Source: Felis catus (lineage: Eukaryota). From it: DNA of 64,000 bases. The notes beneath the pieces are model-generated. The model made no database searches. It saw only the letters and a program-made list of their open reading frames with translations, and was not told the origin of the DNA. The stretch's first letter is position 1. The number at the start of each line of letters is the position of its first letter. This document shows, in pieces, positions 23,958 to 38,589 of this stretch. Position numbers and translations under genes: made by a program. The stretch is taken from contig NC_058373.1 in the NCBI RefSeq assembly GCF_018350175.1, positions 102,612,001-102,676,000 on the forward strand, written 5' to 3'.

Positions 23958-24822
23958 AAACAGGATGTCTAATTAAATTTGAATTTCAGAAGTTAGAGTG
24001 GCAATCTGCTTCAGGAGAGCTGTCTCTACAAGGCAGGATGACTGTGAGGGGTGGTGTAGGGTATGCGGAGAATAGGAACCAGCTTGAGGAAGGAGCTCCC
24101 ACTACCCAGGGATGCAGAGCGAGCCACTGTATGTGGGAAGACAGCAGCACAGCCAGGGCAGGGCAACTGAGCAGAAACCAAGGGAAGATGCTGGTCTTGG
24201 CCGTACAGAATGTTTGAGAAGCCCTAGGGGACCCCATCGTGAGGCGTATTTCTAAGTGCTGAAGAAGTTTGAGACAGAGGAAGGAAGTGGAAATAGTGTC
24301 ATCTCCTTGTCCCCATACCTCCTTTCCAGTCACTCTCCCTTCTAGGTCAGAAGCATCTGTATTTGTATTATCTAATGTTGAATTTACATCCACAGAACTG
24401 TGGCTTTTGGAAACTGTCATTTTTTTTTTTTAAATTTAATTCTCAGTACTAACTCATGCCTCAATAAGATTGTAAGTAAGCAACAAAACCAAAGGAACCA
24501 TGACGCTTTGGGGGTTTTGTTTTCTTTTATAGCAAACCCTTTCCCTGGGCAACAACCAAGTGACAAAATAAATTCTTTTAATACTATTTACCGATCAGCT
24601 TGCATAAATCATTACCAACGTCAAGAAATGGGGCAGGAAGCTTTTGTAAAAAGCTTTGGTAGTGAAAGGAAAACAAAAATTATGTCATGAGAGTTTGCAT
24701 TTTTCGGTGGAAATAAGATACCATGTATGACAAAGTATTAAACATTTTTTTGTTTGTTTGTTTCTAGCAGCTCTGAGAGCCCAAAGGCTCATTTATTTAT
24801 TCACTTAACATTTATTGTGTGC

Positions 24823-25070
24823 TGGGATTCTTGGGTGGTTCAGTCAGTTAAGTGTCTGGCTCTGGATTTTGGCTTGGGTCATGATCTCATGCTTCATGGG
24901 ATCAAGCCCTGGGTAGGGCTCTACACTGAGAGCGTGGAGCGTGCTTGGGATTCTCTCTCTCTCTGACCCTCTCCCACTCACACTCTCTCTGTCTCTCTCT
25001 CAAAATAAATATTAGAAAATTGTGTCCCTTTTTTTTTCATTTTTAAAGTTTATTTATTTTGGGGGGGGGA

Positions 25071-25120
<50 letters not shown>

Positions 25121-25282
25121 AACCAGGGGAGGGCTGGGGGGTGGGGAGAGAGAATCTCAAGAAGACTCTGCACTGACAGCATGGAGCACGATGTGGGGTT
25201 TGAACTCATGAACCATGAGATCATGACCTGAGCTGAAACCAAGAGTCAGACGTTTAACTGACTAAGCCACCTAGGCGCCCCT
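24823..25282. mobile_element. Tail-to-tail Can-SINE pair: 24823-25015 (+), 25030-25282 (-)
   Basis: Cores on opposite strands ~15 bp apart. Confidence 0.88.
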
Positions 25283-26591
25283 ATTGTGTGCCTTTTCTAT
25301 ACCAGGTCCTGTGCTGGTGGTGATATAAATGTGAATTAGACATGGTCCCAGACTGCTAGTAGTTGGGGGTGGGAGGGGGCATCTATGTAAAAAATAAATA
25401 ACAGCAACAAAAAGAAATAATTCTAAAAAATACTTAGACAAAGGAACAGAAAGAAACATTTATTGTCAAGGACTATATGAATGAAATACTCTATATTGAG
25501 GATCAAATTTGAGGGTAGGCATATGAGGTAGGCATTATTATCTTCATTTGGTAGATGAGAAAACTGAGCTCAGGGAAGTTGAAAGATTTACCCGAGTTAG
25601 TAAGTAGAGGAACTGGGATTCAAACCAGTGACCACTGGCAGGTGAAGAAAGGTTTCAGTGAGTTGGCGACCTTGAAGAACAAGTAGATTTTTTCCTGGTG
25701 GGAAAGACGGAGGGTCTGGGGTAAGGATGGGGCCGTCTTAGAAAGAGAGAAGATTGGGCAAGGGGATGGGAGAGGGGAAGTGGAGAGTCATTCTGAGGGA
25801 GCCTGGCTGGGCATCTGGGATGGGGAGTGGGAGAGAAGGTTGGCGAAGGAGGCAGGGCCAGGATATGGGAACCTTGAAAGTCTTATCGAGGAATGGCGAG
25901 TGTGCAGATTTGCATTTCAGAAAAATCACTCCGGCAGCAGTGTAGATTACAGAAAGGGAGGCAGGAAACGATTTGTCTCCCTAGCTCATGAGAGCAGGAA
26001 AGTAATGCCACTCCTGAGAATATAGCCTAGAGAGCTTCTCAAACATCTGTTCAAAGACAGCCGTGCTACACTGTTTGCAGCAGCAAAATTCCTAAACGGC
26101 CTTCAACAGAGAATAAATAAATAAATTGTGGTGTAGTCACAGAATGTATACCATATGCTAGTTAAAGTGAATGAATTAGGGCAACATGTGTCAACAGGAA
26201 GGAAAAATAAAATCTAGTGAAATAAGCGAGCTGCAGAGAGAATATATAGCATGAGGTCATTTTAGTAAATGTTAAAATCCTACAGAGCAAAGCTCTAAAT
26301 TGTTTATCAGTTCATAAATATCTAGAGAAAGCATAAAGTATACATGACTATAGCCAATTCATGACATATGCTAGTGAAGGAGGGACTTGGGCATGGGGGC
26401 AGGCTAACGAAGGTGGGCTTAGGTATCTGTATTTATAGCTACATTTATATCTATATCTGTAGCTGTGTATCTTCATTTCTCTAAATAAAAGGGCAAATAT
26501 GACAATGTTGAGATTTGGATAAAATTAGTAGTCAGAACACAGTTGCTTATTCTCTGTACTCAGACACATAACATTAAAAAAATTTAAACTT

Positions 26592-26802
26592 GGGGGTGCC
26601 TGGGTGGCTCAGTCGGTTAAGCATCAGACTCTTGGTTTCAGCTCAGGTCATGACCTCACAGTTCCTGAGTTTGAGCCCCAAGTCAGGCTCTGCACTGGCA
26701 ATGTGAATCCTGCTTGGGATTCTCTCTCTCCCTCTCTCTCTGCTATTTCCCTGCTCGCTCGCTCTCTCTCTCTCAAAATAAATAAATAAACTTGAAAAAA
26801 AT
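26592..26802 (+). mobile_element. Can-SINE
   Basis: Head, (CT)n, A-tail. Confidence 0.9.
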
Positions 26803-28669
26803 GTAAGCTTGGATCCAAAAGTATACACTTTGTCCGATAAAAAGAAAGAAAAAGAGAAAGCAGAAAGGTAGCCCCAAGATAGGGAGCTGGAAGACCACTG
26901 CTGTGTACAGGCAAGAGGTGATAGGACACAAAGTGACCCAGTGGCAAGGGGAATGGAGAGGCCATGAGATGTAGGTGATTGTTGGTTGTGGCAAGTGGGA
27001 GACAGAGTAGAGTCCAAGTGGCTCCTAGCATCTGGCTTGCATTACTGAGCAGGTGGTGGGGCCAATTGCCAAGAAAGGGAATGCAGAAGAAGCAACAGGT
27101 TTGGTTGGGGTGTGGTGTGTAGAGATCTGTTTCAGGCAAGTTCAATCAGAGCCTCTTTGTCCAGGAAGAAACATCCAGTATGCCATTTGATATTCAGGTC
27201 AGGGGTTCAAGGTCTGGGATAGAAACATAACATGAGAATAAATATGAGAATATGAGTCTTACCATAGGAATAAATTATAGATGTATAATATGGATAACAC
27301 TGAAAATAAATTTTCAATGAATATGAGCTCAGATATGAGAAGTATGATGTGAAAGTCAAATACAAATACTGACTTTTACTCATAGTATTTCAAACTTTTA
27401 AAAGAAAATAGTAGCCTGTCTTTGACAAAGTACTTATCTAAGGTCTGGAATATGTGCTGTCTTAAACCCTCATCACCATGATGAGGAACTTAATAACGAT
27501 CCTTGGAAAGTGTATGATCTCTCTGCTGAGTAGTTTGTAACCAGCAAAAAGGCATTGTTAAATTACCAATGGGAAACTGACTTGATATTGGTAACTCAGC
27601 TAATGCTCAGAATCGCCTGGGAAACCTGCAAAAGCAATGCAGGTTCCAGAACAATTAACTAGAACTCTGGGGCTGGGGCGTGAGAATCATAATTTCAAAA
27701 AGCTCTACAGGTCAGGCTGGTCATCATCCAGGCTCAGGAGACACAGTATCATCTCCTGGACAGCTGTCATCTGATGTAATGGAGACTATCTACCTTCATT
27801 TGACTATTAATCCTTCATTGTGACCTTGCCTCTTTATGTATCAGTTGCCTCATTCCTATAAGGAGGTGAAGATAATATCTACTCTTAGGGTGGTTGCAAG
27901 GACTAAATGAATCAATTTATGCCAAGTATTTACAATAGTGTCTTGCATAATGGTGTAAACATGTAATCATGTAATAAAAGATAGTTATTGTAATTATTAT
28001 TCTCACTAACATATGTGACCAGGATACTGGGACACCATTTCCTCTACTATTCTTGCTAACTAACTACTCTCGTAATTCTTTAAAGAGAATGCAATTCTAC
28101 CCTTGAGTCCTTTGTACTGAGATCTTCACTTCCCCTATCTTCCAAGCCTCCTGAAGTAGTTGCCTTGTCTCTTTTATTTCTCTGGCACAGGATATTTATC
28201 CTGAAGCTACTGGAAACATGAATGCATATTTTATGCACGAACTAGTCAATGAGAGTTTTGGCATTCCATAGAAGATTGATTTGTGTTCAAATGGCTCTTA
28301 TTATTATCCAGGTCCCTCAGCAGGCCCTGATCATATTTGGAGTTTCTGGCAGTTTCAGAGGAAGTCTTTCCCAGGTTAAGAAACTTACTTTAAAGCAAAT
28401 TTATTTGTTAGACTTCACATCCATGTATGCCCTGAAGACCTAATTATATGGACTTCCTGAGGTAGATGTACCATATCACACCCACTTTTTCAAAGGAAAC
28501 ACTCCTGAATTATTTTAGTCATTATAGATTCTTAATGCAAACGGGTTCATAAAGATGAAAAAAACCCCACATGTGTATTATAGACATACTCTTTATCAAT
28601 CATCTTGCTAATCATCTCCTACTAACCATGCACCTTGGGTATATTTTGTGAATATTGTATTGACTCAGT

Positions 28670-29007
28670 TAAAAAAATTATGTACATTTCAGGCATACAA
28701 CATTATTATTCAGTATTTGTATGTACTACAAAACGGTCACCCCAAAAGTCTAGCTATCATCCATCACCCTACAATTGATTCCCTTTATCCCTTTTGTCCA
28801 ACCAGCAATCTGTTCTCTACATCTGAGTTTGTTTTGCTTTGTTTGTTCATTTTTGTTGTTTTTAAGATTCCACATGTGAATGAAATCATACAATATTTGT
28901 GTTTCTCCTCCTGACTTTTTTTCACTTAGCCTAATACCCTCAAGCTCCATCCATGTTGTTGCAAAAGGCAAGATCCCATTCTTTTTTATGCCTGAGTAGT
29001 ATTCCAT

Positions 29008-29052
<45 letters not shown>

Positions 29053-29600
29053 AGCAGCGCATGTGCGTGTGCATGTGTGTATATGGTTTCCATATCTTGG
29101 CTATTGTAAGTGATGTTGCAATGAACATAGGGGTGTATGTGTCTTTTTGAATTAGTGTTTTCTTATTCTTTGGATACTCAGTAGTGGAATTGCTGGATCA
29201 CACAGTAGTTCTAATCTTAAATTTTTGGAGAATCTCCATACCATTTTCCATGGTGACTGTACCAATTTACAATTCCACATACAATCTGCAAGGGTTTCTT
29301 TTTCTCTAGATCTTCTCCAACACTAGTTATTTCTTGTCTTTTTGCTAATAGCCATTCTAATAGGTGCAAGATGATATTTCATTGTGGTTTTGATTTGCAT
29401 TTCCCTAATAATTAGTGATATTGAACATCTCTTCATGTTCTTGTTGGACATCTCTATGTCTTATTTTTTTCTTTTCTTTTTTGTTTTGTCCCCTGTCCCC
29501 CCACCCGGCCCACCTGCAGCACACTTACCTCTCTTGTATGTCTTCTTTGGAAAAATATCTATTTCAGACTTCTGCCCATTTTGTGGTCAGTTGCTTGCTT
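28670..29600 (-). mobile_element. Carnivore L1 3' end with (GT)n at ~29010-29050
   Basis: ORF 28750..29007 reads MEYYSGIKKNGILPFATTWMELEGIRLSE (L1 ORF2 C-terminus). Confidence 0.9.
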
Positions 29601-29819
29601 TTGGTTGCTGTATTGATTCACTTTGATGGTTACTATTTCTCTACACTGAAAATTACTTGGTAGTTTTAATTTCATGAAGCGTTAATAATTCTAAGATTTT
29701 TGCTTATTAAGTGGTTAATTATTTCTACATCATTACTAAAGTACACTTAGAGAGCTAAGTAAAAATGCCGCCAACAGAGAGAGGGCATGAAATGATGTAA
29801 CGTTAACATTTCAACACGT

Positions 29820-31010
29820 GAAAAAATGCTCACCATCACCATCATTAGGGAAGTACAAATTAAAACCACAAGGAAATAAAACTAAACACCTACTAGAATG
29901 ACTAAAATCAGGAAAACGGACAATACCAAGTGCTGATAAGAAGTGGAGGAATTGGAACTCTCACATACTGCTGGTGGGAATGTGAAATGGTACAACCGCT
30001 TTGGAAGTAATTTGACCGTTTCTTATAAACTTGAACATCTATTAAGATTTGACTCAGCAATCCCACTTTTAGGTATTTACCCAAGAAAAATGAAAACCTA
30101 TGTTCCCACAAAACCCTTCATGCAAATATTTATAGCAGCTTTAGTTTTAATTGTCCCAAACTGGAAATGACCTAAATGTCCTCGAATGGGCCACTGAATA
30201 GATAATTTGTGGCATAACCATATGTCAAAGGTTGAATAATGGCACCCCTCAGGATATCCATGTCCTAAAATGTGGATCCTCTGAATGTTACCTTATATAG
30301 CAAAAAGAGAACTGCAGATGTGATTAAGTGTCTTGAGATGGGGGGATTCAGTGTATTCTCGTAAGAGAGAGGCGAAAGGAGATTTGACTCCAGATAGACA
30401 TAAGAAAAGGTACTGCAACCACAAAACCAGAGACTGGAGTGATGTGGCCATAAACCACAGATTGCTAGAAGCCACCTGGGGCTGGAAGAGGCCAGGCAAG
30501 TCTTCTTCCCTGCAGCCTCCAAAGGTCCTGCCTCCCCCTTGACTTAGGCCCAGGGATACTGATTTCAGACTTGTGGACTCCAGAGATATGGGAGAGTACA
30601 TTTGTTTGCTTTAAGCCACCAAGTCCATGGTAATTTGTTACAGCAGCCACAGGAAAAGAATACCCACACAATGGAATACCACACAAAGGAGTGAACTACT
30701 GATATACACAACGTGAATAACTTTCAAATGCATTGTGCTTAGTGAAAGAAACCACTCAACAGGCTATAAGATGTCATTTATATAATGATCTTGAAAAGGC
30801 AAAACTATAAGGACTGAGAACAGATCAGTAGTTGTTAGGGGTTGGGAGGGGTTGATCGCAAAGACGCAGCATGAAGGAGTTTTTTGGGATTATGGAACCA
30901 CTCTGAATGTTAACTGTGGTGGTTATGCACTCTATTTGTCAAAATTCATAGACCTGTACAACAAAGAGAATAAATATTACTGTGTGTAAATTTTAAAATA
31001 AAATTTAAAA
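29820..31010 (+). mobile_element. L1M 3' region interrupted by an MLT1 LTR (30223-30664)
   Basis: ORF2-like MEELELSHTAGGNVKWY; LTR ends ctttaagccaccaagtccatggtaatttgttacagcagccacaggaaaagaatac; ccata/ccaca TSD. Confidence 0.85.
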
Positions 31011-31690
31011 AAGAACCAAGATTTAGCAGCTAGGAAAAATGTCAAAGCATTGATTTTAAAGATCACATAACACAAGTTCCTGCCCTAAGAGGCATTGGTT
31101 TTCAGCTCAGACCTCAATCAGAAAGTTTCTCTTTTCACTAAAGGAAAGTTAACCCTTTGATGGCTGGTAATATGAGAGCATATTCTTCAGGTGACTGAAG
31201 AGAGAAGGCAGAGAAGTCATTCTAGAGGGAAGAGAAATCTCCTTGGCCAGGAGAACGGAGAGAAGCATCATTCTTAGGGCATTTGGTAACAGAGGTCTGC
31301 ATTTGTACAGAGTATTGGAGGAAACAAACTTCTTCAAGAACTGTCCTTAAGGTGAATTTTAAATAACCACATAAAAGAAAGACTGAGTCTTCATGCAAAA
31401 GACCAAAAATAGGAGAAAGTGACACCGTACTATTGACCTGAGTAGGACAAGACAGATAAGGCATGGTAGAGTTGGGGCAGCACAAATGAAAGTCAGACCA
31501 GAGCAGATTCTCTTCAGTGGTGTGACCCTTGAGAAGGGTTTCCACTCAGAGGGGACCTGGGTGTTTGTGGTCAAGCTCCTCCTCACAACTCTGGTAAGGT
31601 GTGTGAAGATAGTGTTCTCATTCCTGAGCTGGTACTATCACTGGCAACAGTTTTTCCCTTGCTTTCACAAAGTTTAAAGTTGATGTTCCC

Positions 31691-31911
31691 AGGGAACCTG
31701 GGTGGCTCAGTCGGTTGAGTGTCTGACTTCAGCTCAGGTCATGATCTCATGGTTCATGGGTTCGAGCCCAACGTCAGGCTCTGTGCTGACAGCTCAGAGC
31801 CTGGAGCCTGCTTTGGATTCCGAGTCTCCCTCTGTCTTTGTTCCTCCCCTGCTCATGCTCCGACTCTCTCTGTCTCTCAAAAATAAATAAACATTAAAAA
31901 ATAAAAAAATA
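31691..31911 (+). mobile_element. Can-SINE
   Basis: TSD aaagttgatgttccc/aaagttgctgttccc. Confidence 0.92.
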
Positions 31912-32769
31912 AAGTTGCTGTTCCCTTTGAGGTATTGTTGCCATACAGAGTTACTAATGAGAAGCAAGAAAATGTGGGAGGATGTTTACTAAAAATAATA
32001 GTGTAACACTGTAAATAATCCCTCTCTGGCTTGTGGAGTGCAGAAACTTAAGCTGTATAAAATGCAGAGTCTTGTTATTCGGTCAATGAAATGACTGTAG
32101 GGTGGTGGACAGGTTTAGGGGCATAACTGTGCTATCCTGGTCCCTGCTGGAGTTTGATATTAACTGGTGGCAGTTTATTGACATTGCTGGAGACAGTTCT
32201 GGGGCCTGTGGTTGGCTGAGTCTTCTGGGACAGCAGCAAAGGTTCCAGGAATCTCTGTTAGTTGGCACTTATCTTGATGGCCTGCTCTAGAGAGATTGAG
32301 CCAAGAATATACTGTACACCCAGGGACTTGCTTTCAACCTCTGCGCTTAAGGCTGGAATTGTCTGCCATTTCCCTGCCTGACCTATCCCTCATTTCCATA
32401 TTTCTCTGCAGAAGATAAGAATTTTAACTGACCTCCATTTCAGAAACAGAGTTGGAAGGATTATGGAAGCCAATTGACAATTGCATCGTTTGAATTAATC
32501 TCATTGCAGGATGTGCTATCACTGTTTTGTTTTGTCTTGTTTTATAGTAAATGGGATTAATTCGTTGTTTTGGACAGCAACTAGAAAGCTGGCCAATTAT
32601 CTACTAAGCCAGCCCTAGTTGGTGAAGAAAAAAATGTTATTATCTTGAAATATGGTGAACCTAAGCCTGTTTACTTTCAAATCTATTACTTATTCTTCTG
32701 CTCTGCAGGCCTACTTCCTAGGCCCTTATATCAATTTAGCTGAGTTTTAGCCGAGTTTGGCCAATGGGA

Positions 32770-33442
32770 GGAAAAATAATGATGCTCCAAAGATGTCCAT
32801 TTCCTAATCCCCAGAACCTGTGAAAATGTTAAATGAGACATGGCAAAAGGGACTCTGTAGATATGATTAAGGTTATGGACCTGAGATGGGGAGATTGTCC
32901 TGATTACCCAAAGGGATTCGCTCTAATCACAGAAGCCCTTAAAAAGAGAACATTTCCAGGTATGTCTTGGTGGCTCAGTTGGTTAAGCATCTGACTCTTG
33001 ATCTCAGAGTCATGAGATTAAGCTCTGCGATGGGCTCCGTGTTGGGCTCTGTGTTGAGCTCCACGTTGGGCTCAAAGCACTACTTAAAGAGAACGTTTTC
33101 TTACTGGGAACAGGAGAAATGAGTCAGAAGGGGAAGTCTGAGAGGTTGAAACATGAGAAAGACTTTATCCGCCATTGCTGGCTTCGAAGATAGAGGCAGG
33201 GGGCCATGAGACATGGAGGCAGCCATGTTGAGAATCATCCCTGTTTGACACTCAGCAAGGACACAAGGACATCAATCCTACATCCACATGGAATTGAATT
33301 CTGCCAACAATCTCAGTGAGCTTGGGAGCAGATTCGTCTTCAGAACTCCTGCAATCAACTGCAGTCCTGCTGACCCCACGATTTTGGCCTGGTGAGATTC
33401 TAAACACAAGACTCTTACTTGGACTTCTGACCTACAGAACTG
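32770..33442 (+). mobile_element. MLT1D-like LTR with a short SINE insert (~32958-33088)
   Basis: ccaaagatgtccatttcctaatccccagaacctgtgaa...gacttctgacctacagaactg. Confidence 0.8.
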
Positions 33443-34059
33443 GAGCCCCTAGTTTCTATAATATCAGTTCTTCCTACTGTCCCTCCAGCTTGAGAATCCT
33501 CAGACCTTCCTACTGTTGCAAATACCTGGGGTAACTTATATTTCCTGGTGGTCTTCTTGACCTCTTCTATCTCCTATGTTTCCATTCACCATAGTAAGTT
33601 CCATCTGCTTTAAATACTTAACTGGTTTCAGTTTCCTAGTTCGAGTCTGTATGATAAATAAAGAATAATTCAGCTTTTTCGTGGTGATTGGAAGGGAGGA
33701 TACAATCATCTATTCATTCTTCAACAAACATGCATTGAGGGTCTATACTATGTATCAGTGATGAACAGGGAAGACAAAGTCCTTGATTTCCAAGAACTTT
33801 ACACTGCAGATAGGCAGAAAGAATTTTAATTATTAATGAAAGTAAAGCATTAGTATTATGATAAAAACAAGTATCTATAAGAACATAAAATGAGTGTTCT
33901 TAAACTGCTCTAGGAACTAGGGAAGAACTCTGTAAAGAAGAAATATTTAATGAGTAGGTTGCATACGGTTATCCAGATAGTGTAGTCAATAAAGTTGGCA
34001 GGGATATTTGCTGGAGAATAGGAGTAAAATAGCCCCATTTTATTCTGCTGGAAATTTAA

Positions 34060-36075
34060 TCAACAAAAAAACCATACTGGAACTAATAAGCAATTATAGC
34101 AAAGTGGCAGGGTACAAAGTTAATATATAAAAGTCAGTTACTTTCTTATAGATGAGCAATGAACAATATAATTTGGAAAATAAGATATGTTATCTCTTAC
34201 ATGAGCACCCCCAAAAATGAAATACTCAGGACTAACTGTAACAAAATATGTATAAGGTATTTATGACGAAAACTATAAAACTGATGAAAAATATCAAATA
34301 AGAGCTAAATAAGATATTTAATGTACATGGATAGGAAAAGTTGATATTGTCGAGAGGTCAGTTCTTCCCAACTTGATCTACAGATTCACTGCAACTCCAA
34401 TAAAAATCACAGCAAATTATTTGTGGATACAGACAAGCTAATTGTAAAGTTTATATGCAGAGACAAAAGACCTGGAACAGCCAACACCATGTTGAAAGAG
34501 AACAAAATTGGAGGATTGACACTATCCAACTTCAAGACTTATGATAAAGCTATAGTAATATGACAGTGTGTGTTGGTAAAAGAATAGACAAATAGATGAG
34601 TGGAACAGAATAGGGAGCCCAATAATAGGCCCACATAAATATCATCAACTGATATTTGCCAAAGGAGCAGGGGCAATACAATGGAGCAAAGATAGTCTTT
34701 TCAACAAATGGTGCTAGAACAACTAGACATCTACATGCGAAAGAAATTAATCTAGACACAGACCTTATATCCTTTACGAAAATTAACACAAAATGGATCC
34801 AGACCTAAATGTAAACTGCAGAGTTCTGAAACTCCTGCAAAATAATATAGGAAGAAGCCTAAATGATTTTAGGTGATAATATTTTTTAGATACAACACCA
34901 AAGGGGTGATCCATGAAGGAAATAACTGATAAGCTGGACTTCATTAAAATCAAAAACTTCTGCTCAGTGTAAGACTCCGGCAAGAGAATAAGAAAACAAG
35001 CTGCAAACTAGGAGAAAATATTTCAAAAGATACATCAACAAAGGACTGTTATTCAAACTATACAAAGAGCTGTTAAAACTCAACAAGAAAACAAGCAACC
35101 CAATTTAAAAATGGGCAACAGATCTTAACAGACACCTCACCAAAAAAGATGTACAGATGATAACAGCATATGAAAAGATGTTCAACATTGTACATCATTA
35201 CAGAATTACAAATTGAAACAAGATAGGAATACATACCTATCAGAATGGCCCAAATACAAAACACTGACCACACTAACTGGTGGTGTGGAGCAATGGGAAC
35301 TCTCATTTATTGGTGGTGGGAATGCAAAATAATACAGACCCTCTGGGAGACAGGTTGGCAGTTTCTTACAAAACCAAACATTCTCTTATGATCCAACAAT
35401 CACATGCCTTGGTATTCACCCAACTTAATCGAAAACTTATGTCTAGACAAAAACCTGCACATGGGTGTTTATAGAAGCTTTATTCATAATTGCCCAAACT
35501 TGGAAGCAACCAACATAGATAAACTGTACATACAGACAATGGGATATTATTCAGTGCTGAAAAGAAATGAACTATCAAGCCATGAAGAGTCATGGAGGAG
35601 AATTAAATAAGTGTTACTGAGTGAAAGAAGCCACTCTGAAAAGGCTACACATTGTGTGATTCCAACTATATGACATTCTGGAAAAAACAAAACTATGGAG
35701 ACAATAAAATGCTTGATGGTCTCTAGGGGTTGGGGGGAGGGAAGAATAAATAGGTCAAACACAGAGGATTTTCAGGGCAGTGAAACTATTCTGTATATCA
35801 CAATGGTAGATACATTTGTCAAAACCCATAAAATGCACAACACCAAGACTGAATATAATGTAGACTAATGTAAACTATATAAACTTTGAGTGATAATGAC
35901 GTGTCAATGTAGGTTCATCAACTGTAAAAAATGTACCACTGTGGTGAGGATTGTTAGAGTAGGGGAGTTTGTGCATGTGGGGGAGGCAGGGGGTAAATGA
36001 GAATTCTCTGTACTTTTGCTCAATTTGGTGTGAACCTAAATAAAACTGCTCTAAAAATTTCAGTTTATTAATTTA
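34060..36075 (+). mobile_element. L1M fragment ~2 kb (degenerate ORF2 3' half and 3' UTR)
   Basis: gaactaataagcaattatagcaaagtggcagggtacaaagttaat ... gaacctaaataaaactgctctaaaaa. Confidence 0.92.
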
Positions 36076-36096
36076 AAAGATCCTATATACTATTTT

Positions 36097-36310
36097 AGGG
36101 GCACCTGGGTGACTTAGTTGGTTGAGCATCTGACTCTTGATTTCAGCTCAGGTTGTGATCCCAGGGTTGTGGGATCGAGCCCCATATCAGGCTGCTTACT
36201 GTGTGTGGAGGCTGCTTAAGATCTTCTCTCTCTCTCTCTTTTTCTCTCTCTCTCCCTCCTTCTCCCCCTTTCCCCACTTGTCTTCTCTCTCTCAAATAAA
36301 GTAAAATAAA
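36097..36310 (+). mobile_element. Can-SINE
   Basis: TSD aaaagatcctatat. Confidence 0.9.
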
Positions 36311-36864
36311 AAAGATCCTATATGCTGTTTTAGTGAAGAGCCAGAATGAGTACCATCTTTAACAATTAGCTTTCTTGGCCAGTCTACCTAGCTCTCAGAG
36401 AAATTCTTTCTGGAACCACACTGGTGTTTGACCTTGTTTGACTTGGATACCAGATCAGATGTTTTAAGTGGCATTTTTTCATACATTCTGGAGAAATGCA
36501 TAGAATGAAAAATGCTTTTTTTTTTTGTGCTAAATCAAATAAATAATGTACCCAACAGGTACCCTTACCAATTTAACACAGAAATGTTAATCCAATAACT
36601 CAACTTCTTGAATTTATTGTGAGAAAATAATCATATAAAGAAGTTCCACACTGCATTGCTTGGAATAGTAAAAATAAGATACAATTTAAATGTTTACCAG
36701 TAGGGAATCAGTTATATAAAACAAAGTGTATATATACTATTTAATAATGAAAAACATTGATGCACATCTATATTTATTAACAAGAAAAGATGCCCACAGC
36801 ATTTATTGCAAGAAAATAGCAGGTTATAAAACCATACTCATATCTGCGTGTATTCACATGCCAG

Positions 36865-37660
36865 TGGTAGGTTTGGAGTGAATGCCAGTTACCAATTTAT
36901 TGCTTTTCAACCTCAAATTCAAACTTTATTCCCCATTCTGCAAAAATGGAGATGGGTCCTTATATATTTTCCCTTTGCCAGTTGACACATGTTAAATTTG
37001 ACTAGTACAGGGAGTTTTCATAGTAGACACAAGATCTTTTCCCTCCTTGTTCCAGAAACTTTCCCCAACAGACCTACCCTACTCTTCCAGTGGTTTTGCA
37101 ACAGAATGGTTCTGGTAAGACACCTCCCATTAGTAGTTCTCCCTGGCACCCTAGGTGGGGGGGGGGGGATTTTGAGCAAGTTTGGACCACACAGTAGCAC
37201 AGTGAATTCCCTGCCAACCCATGGCCACACCCTCTCTGACAGATCTTCTCAGCTCTTGGTGGGGAGGGTCCTTGGGCCTTCTTAGACCTAGGGGTTGTGG
37301 CTGCCCCTCATATGTGTACCGCTTATATTCTTTTTTTTTTTTTTCAACGTTTATTTATTTTTGGGACAGAGAGACAGAGCATGAACGGGGGAGGGGCAGA
37401 GAGAGAGGGAGACACAGAATCGGAAACAGGCTCCAGGCTCCGAGCCATCAGCCCAGAGCCTGACGCGGGGCTCGAACTCACGGACCGCGAAATCGTGACC
37501 TGGCTGAAGTCGGACGCTTAACCGACTGTGCCACCCAGGCGCCCCGTGTACCGCTTATATTCTTTACAGCTCTCTTCATTTCTTACCAGATGACTCCTTG
37601 TTACTCCAGTCTTCTGCCATAGTTAATAATTCTTTATATTAAACTTGCCCTGCTCAAAAC
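36865..37660 (+). mobile_element. Old ERVL-class LTR (family uncertain)
   Basis: ttattgcttttcaacctcaaattc...tttgccagttgacacatgttaa; ends attaaacttgccctgctcaaa. Confidence 0.55.
37334..37545 (-). mobile_element. Very young feline Can-SINE
   Basis: 20-bp perfect TSD gtgtaccgcttatattcttt; CpGs largely intact. Confidence 0.97.
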
Positions 37661-38589
37661 AAAACAAAACAAAAACAAAAAACAAATCCTAGATAAAATT
37701 ACCTATAACCCTATTCTCCCTGTGATAACTACCATTTACATATTGATGTATACACTCTAAACCTCTTTTCTTCTATGAATGTGTGTGCATGTATTGTATA
37801 TGCATATATAGAAGAACACATACCTGTGTCCATATATAATTTTTAAAACAAAAGGTAAAGCACATTGTATGAGTTATTTTGTGAGCTCTGGGTCAATATT
37901 TACAATGGTTCCATAGCACTTCATTTGGTATACATACCTTAAATTGTTCAACTTTCCCCCTAGTCTTCTGGGACATTTAGGCTCCTTTCAATCTTATGTT
38001 ATTGTGAACAGGGCTGCGATGAACATCTTTATGCCAGATTATCTCATTTATTCCACTAGATCCACTTTCTACTCTTCCCCATCTGCTCTCCTTTAGGGAG
38101 AACATTCACTGGTTCCTTTGCCCTCTGGCTTCCAGTCAGGTTCAGCCAACACAGAGTTCTTTCAAGAGACTGGAGAAAAGGCCAAGAGTGAGATCAGGGT
38201 ATTAGTCCCTGGCTCCTTCCTTGTGAGGTCTCCTAGAGCTGGCTGTGCCTCTCAGCTGAAGGAGACCTTCTCAAGGTGGCCAATTCTCTCTTCCCAGTTC
38301 TCAGAACCAGTCCTTCCCTTGTCCTTTTCCTCTGGGCCTAGGGACAGTGACAGTTCTGCCCCTCCACAAGCCCTGGGTACCTGCACCATCCCCTGTGCCT
38401 TTCCTACAGCTCCTCCATTTCTTTGTAAATCAATCCCACTTGAATTATCCTAGTTTGTGCCACTTGTTCTCTTACACAATCTTTAAACCTATATCTTTTT
38501 GTATGTCTTTAATTATATTCTTCAAGTAAATTCCTACATGGAGAATTTGCTGGGACATTGCATGTACCTGTTTTTGTTGCGTGTGTGTG

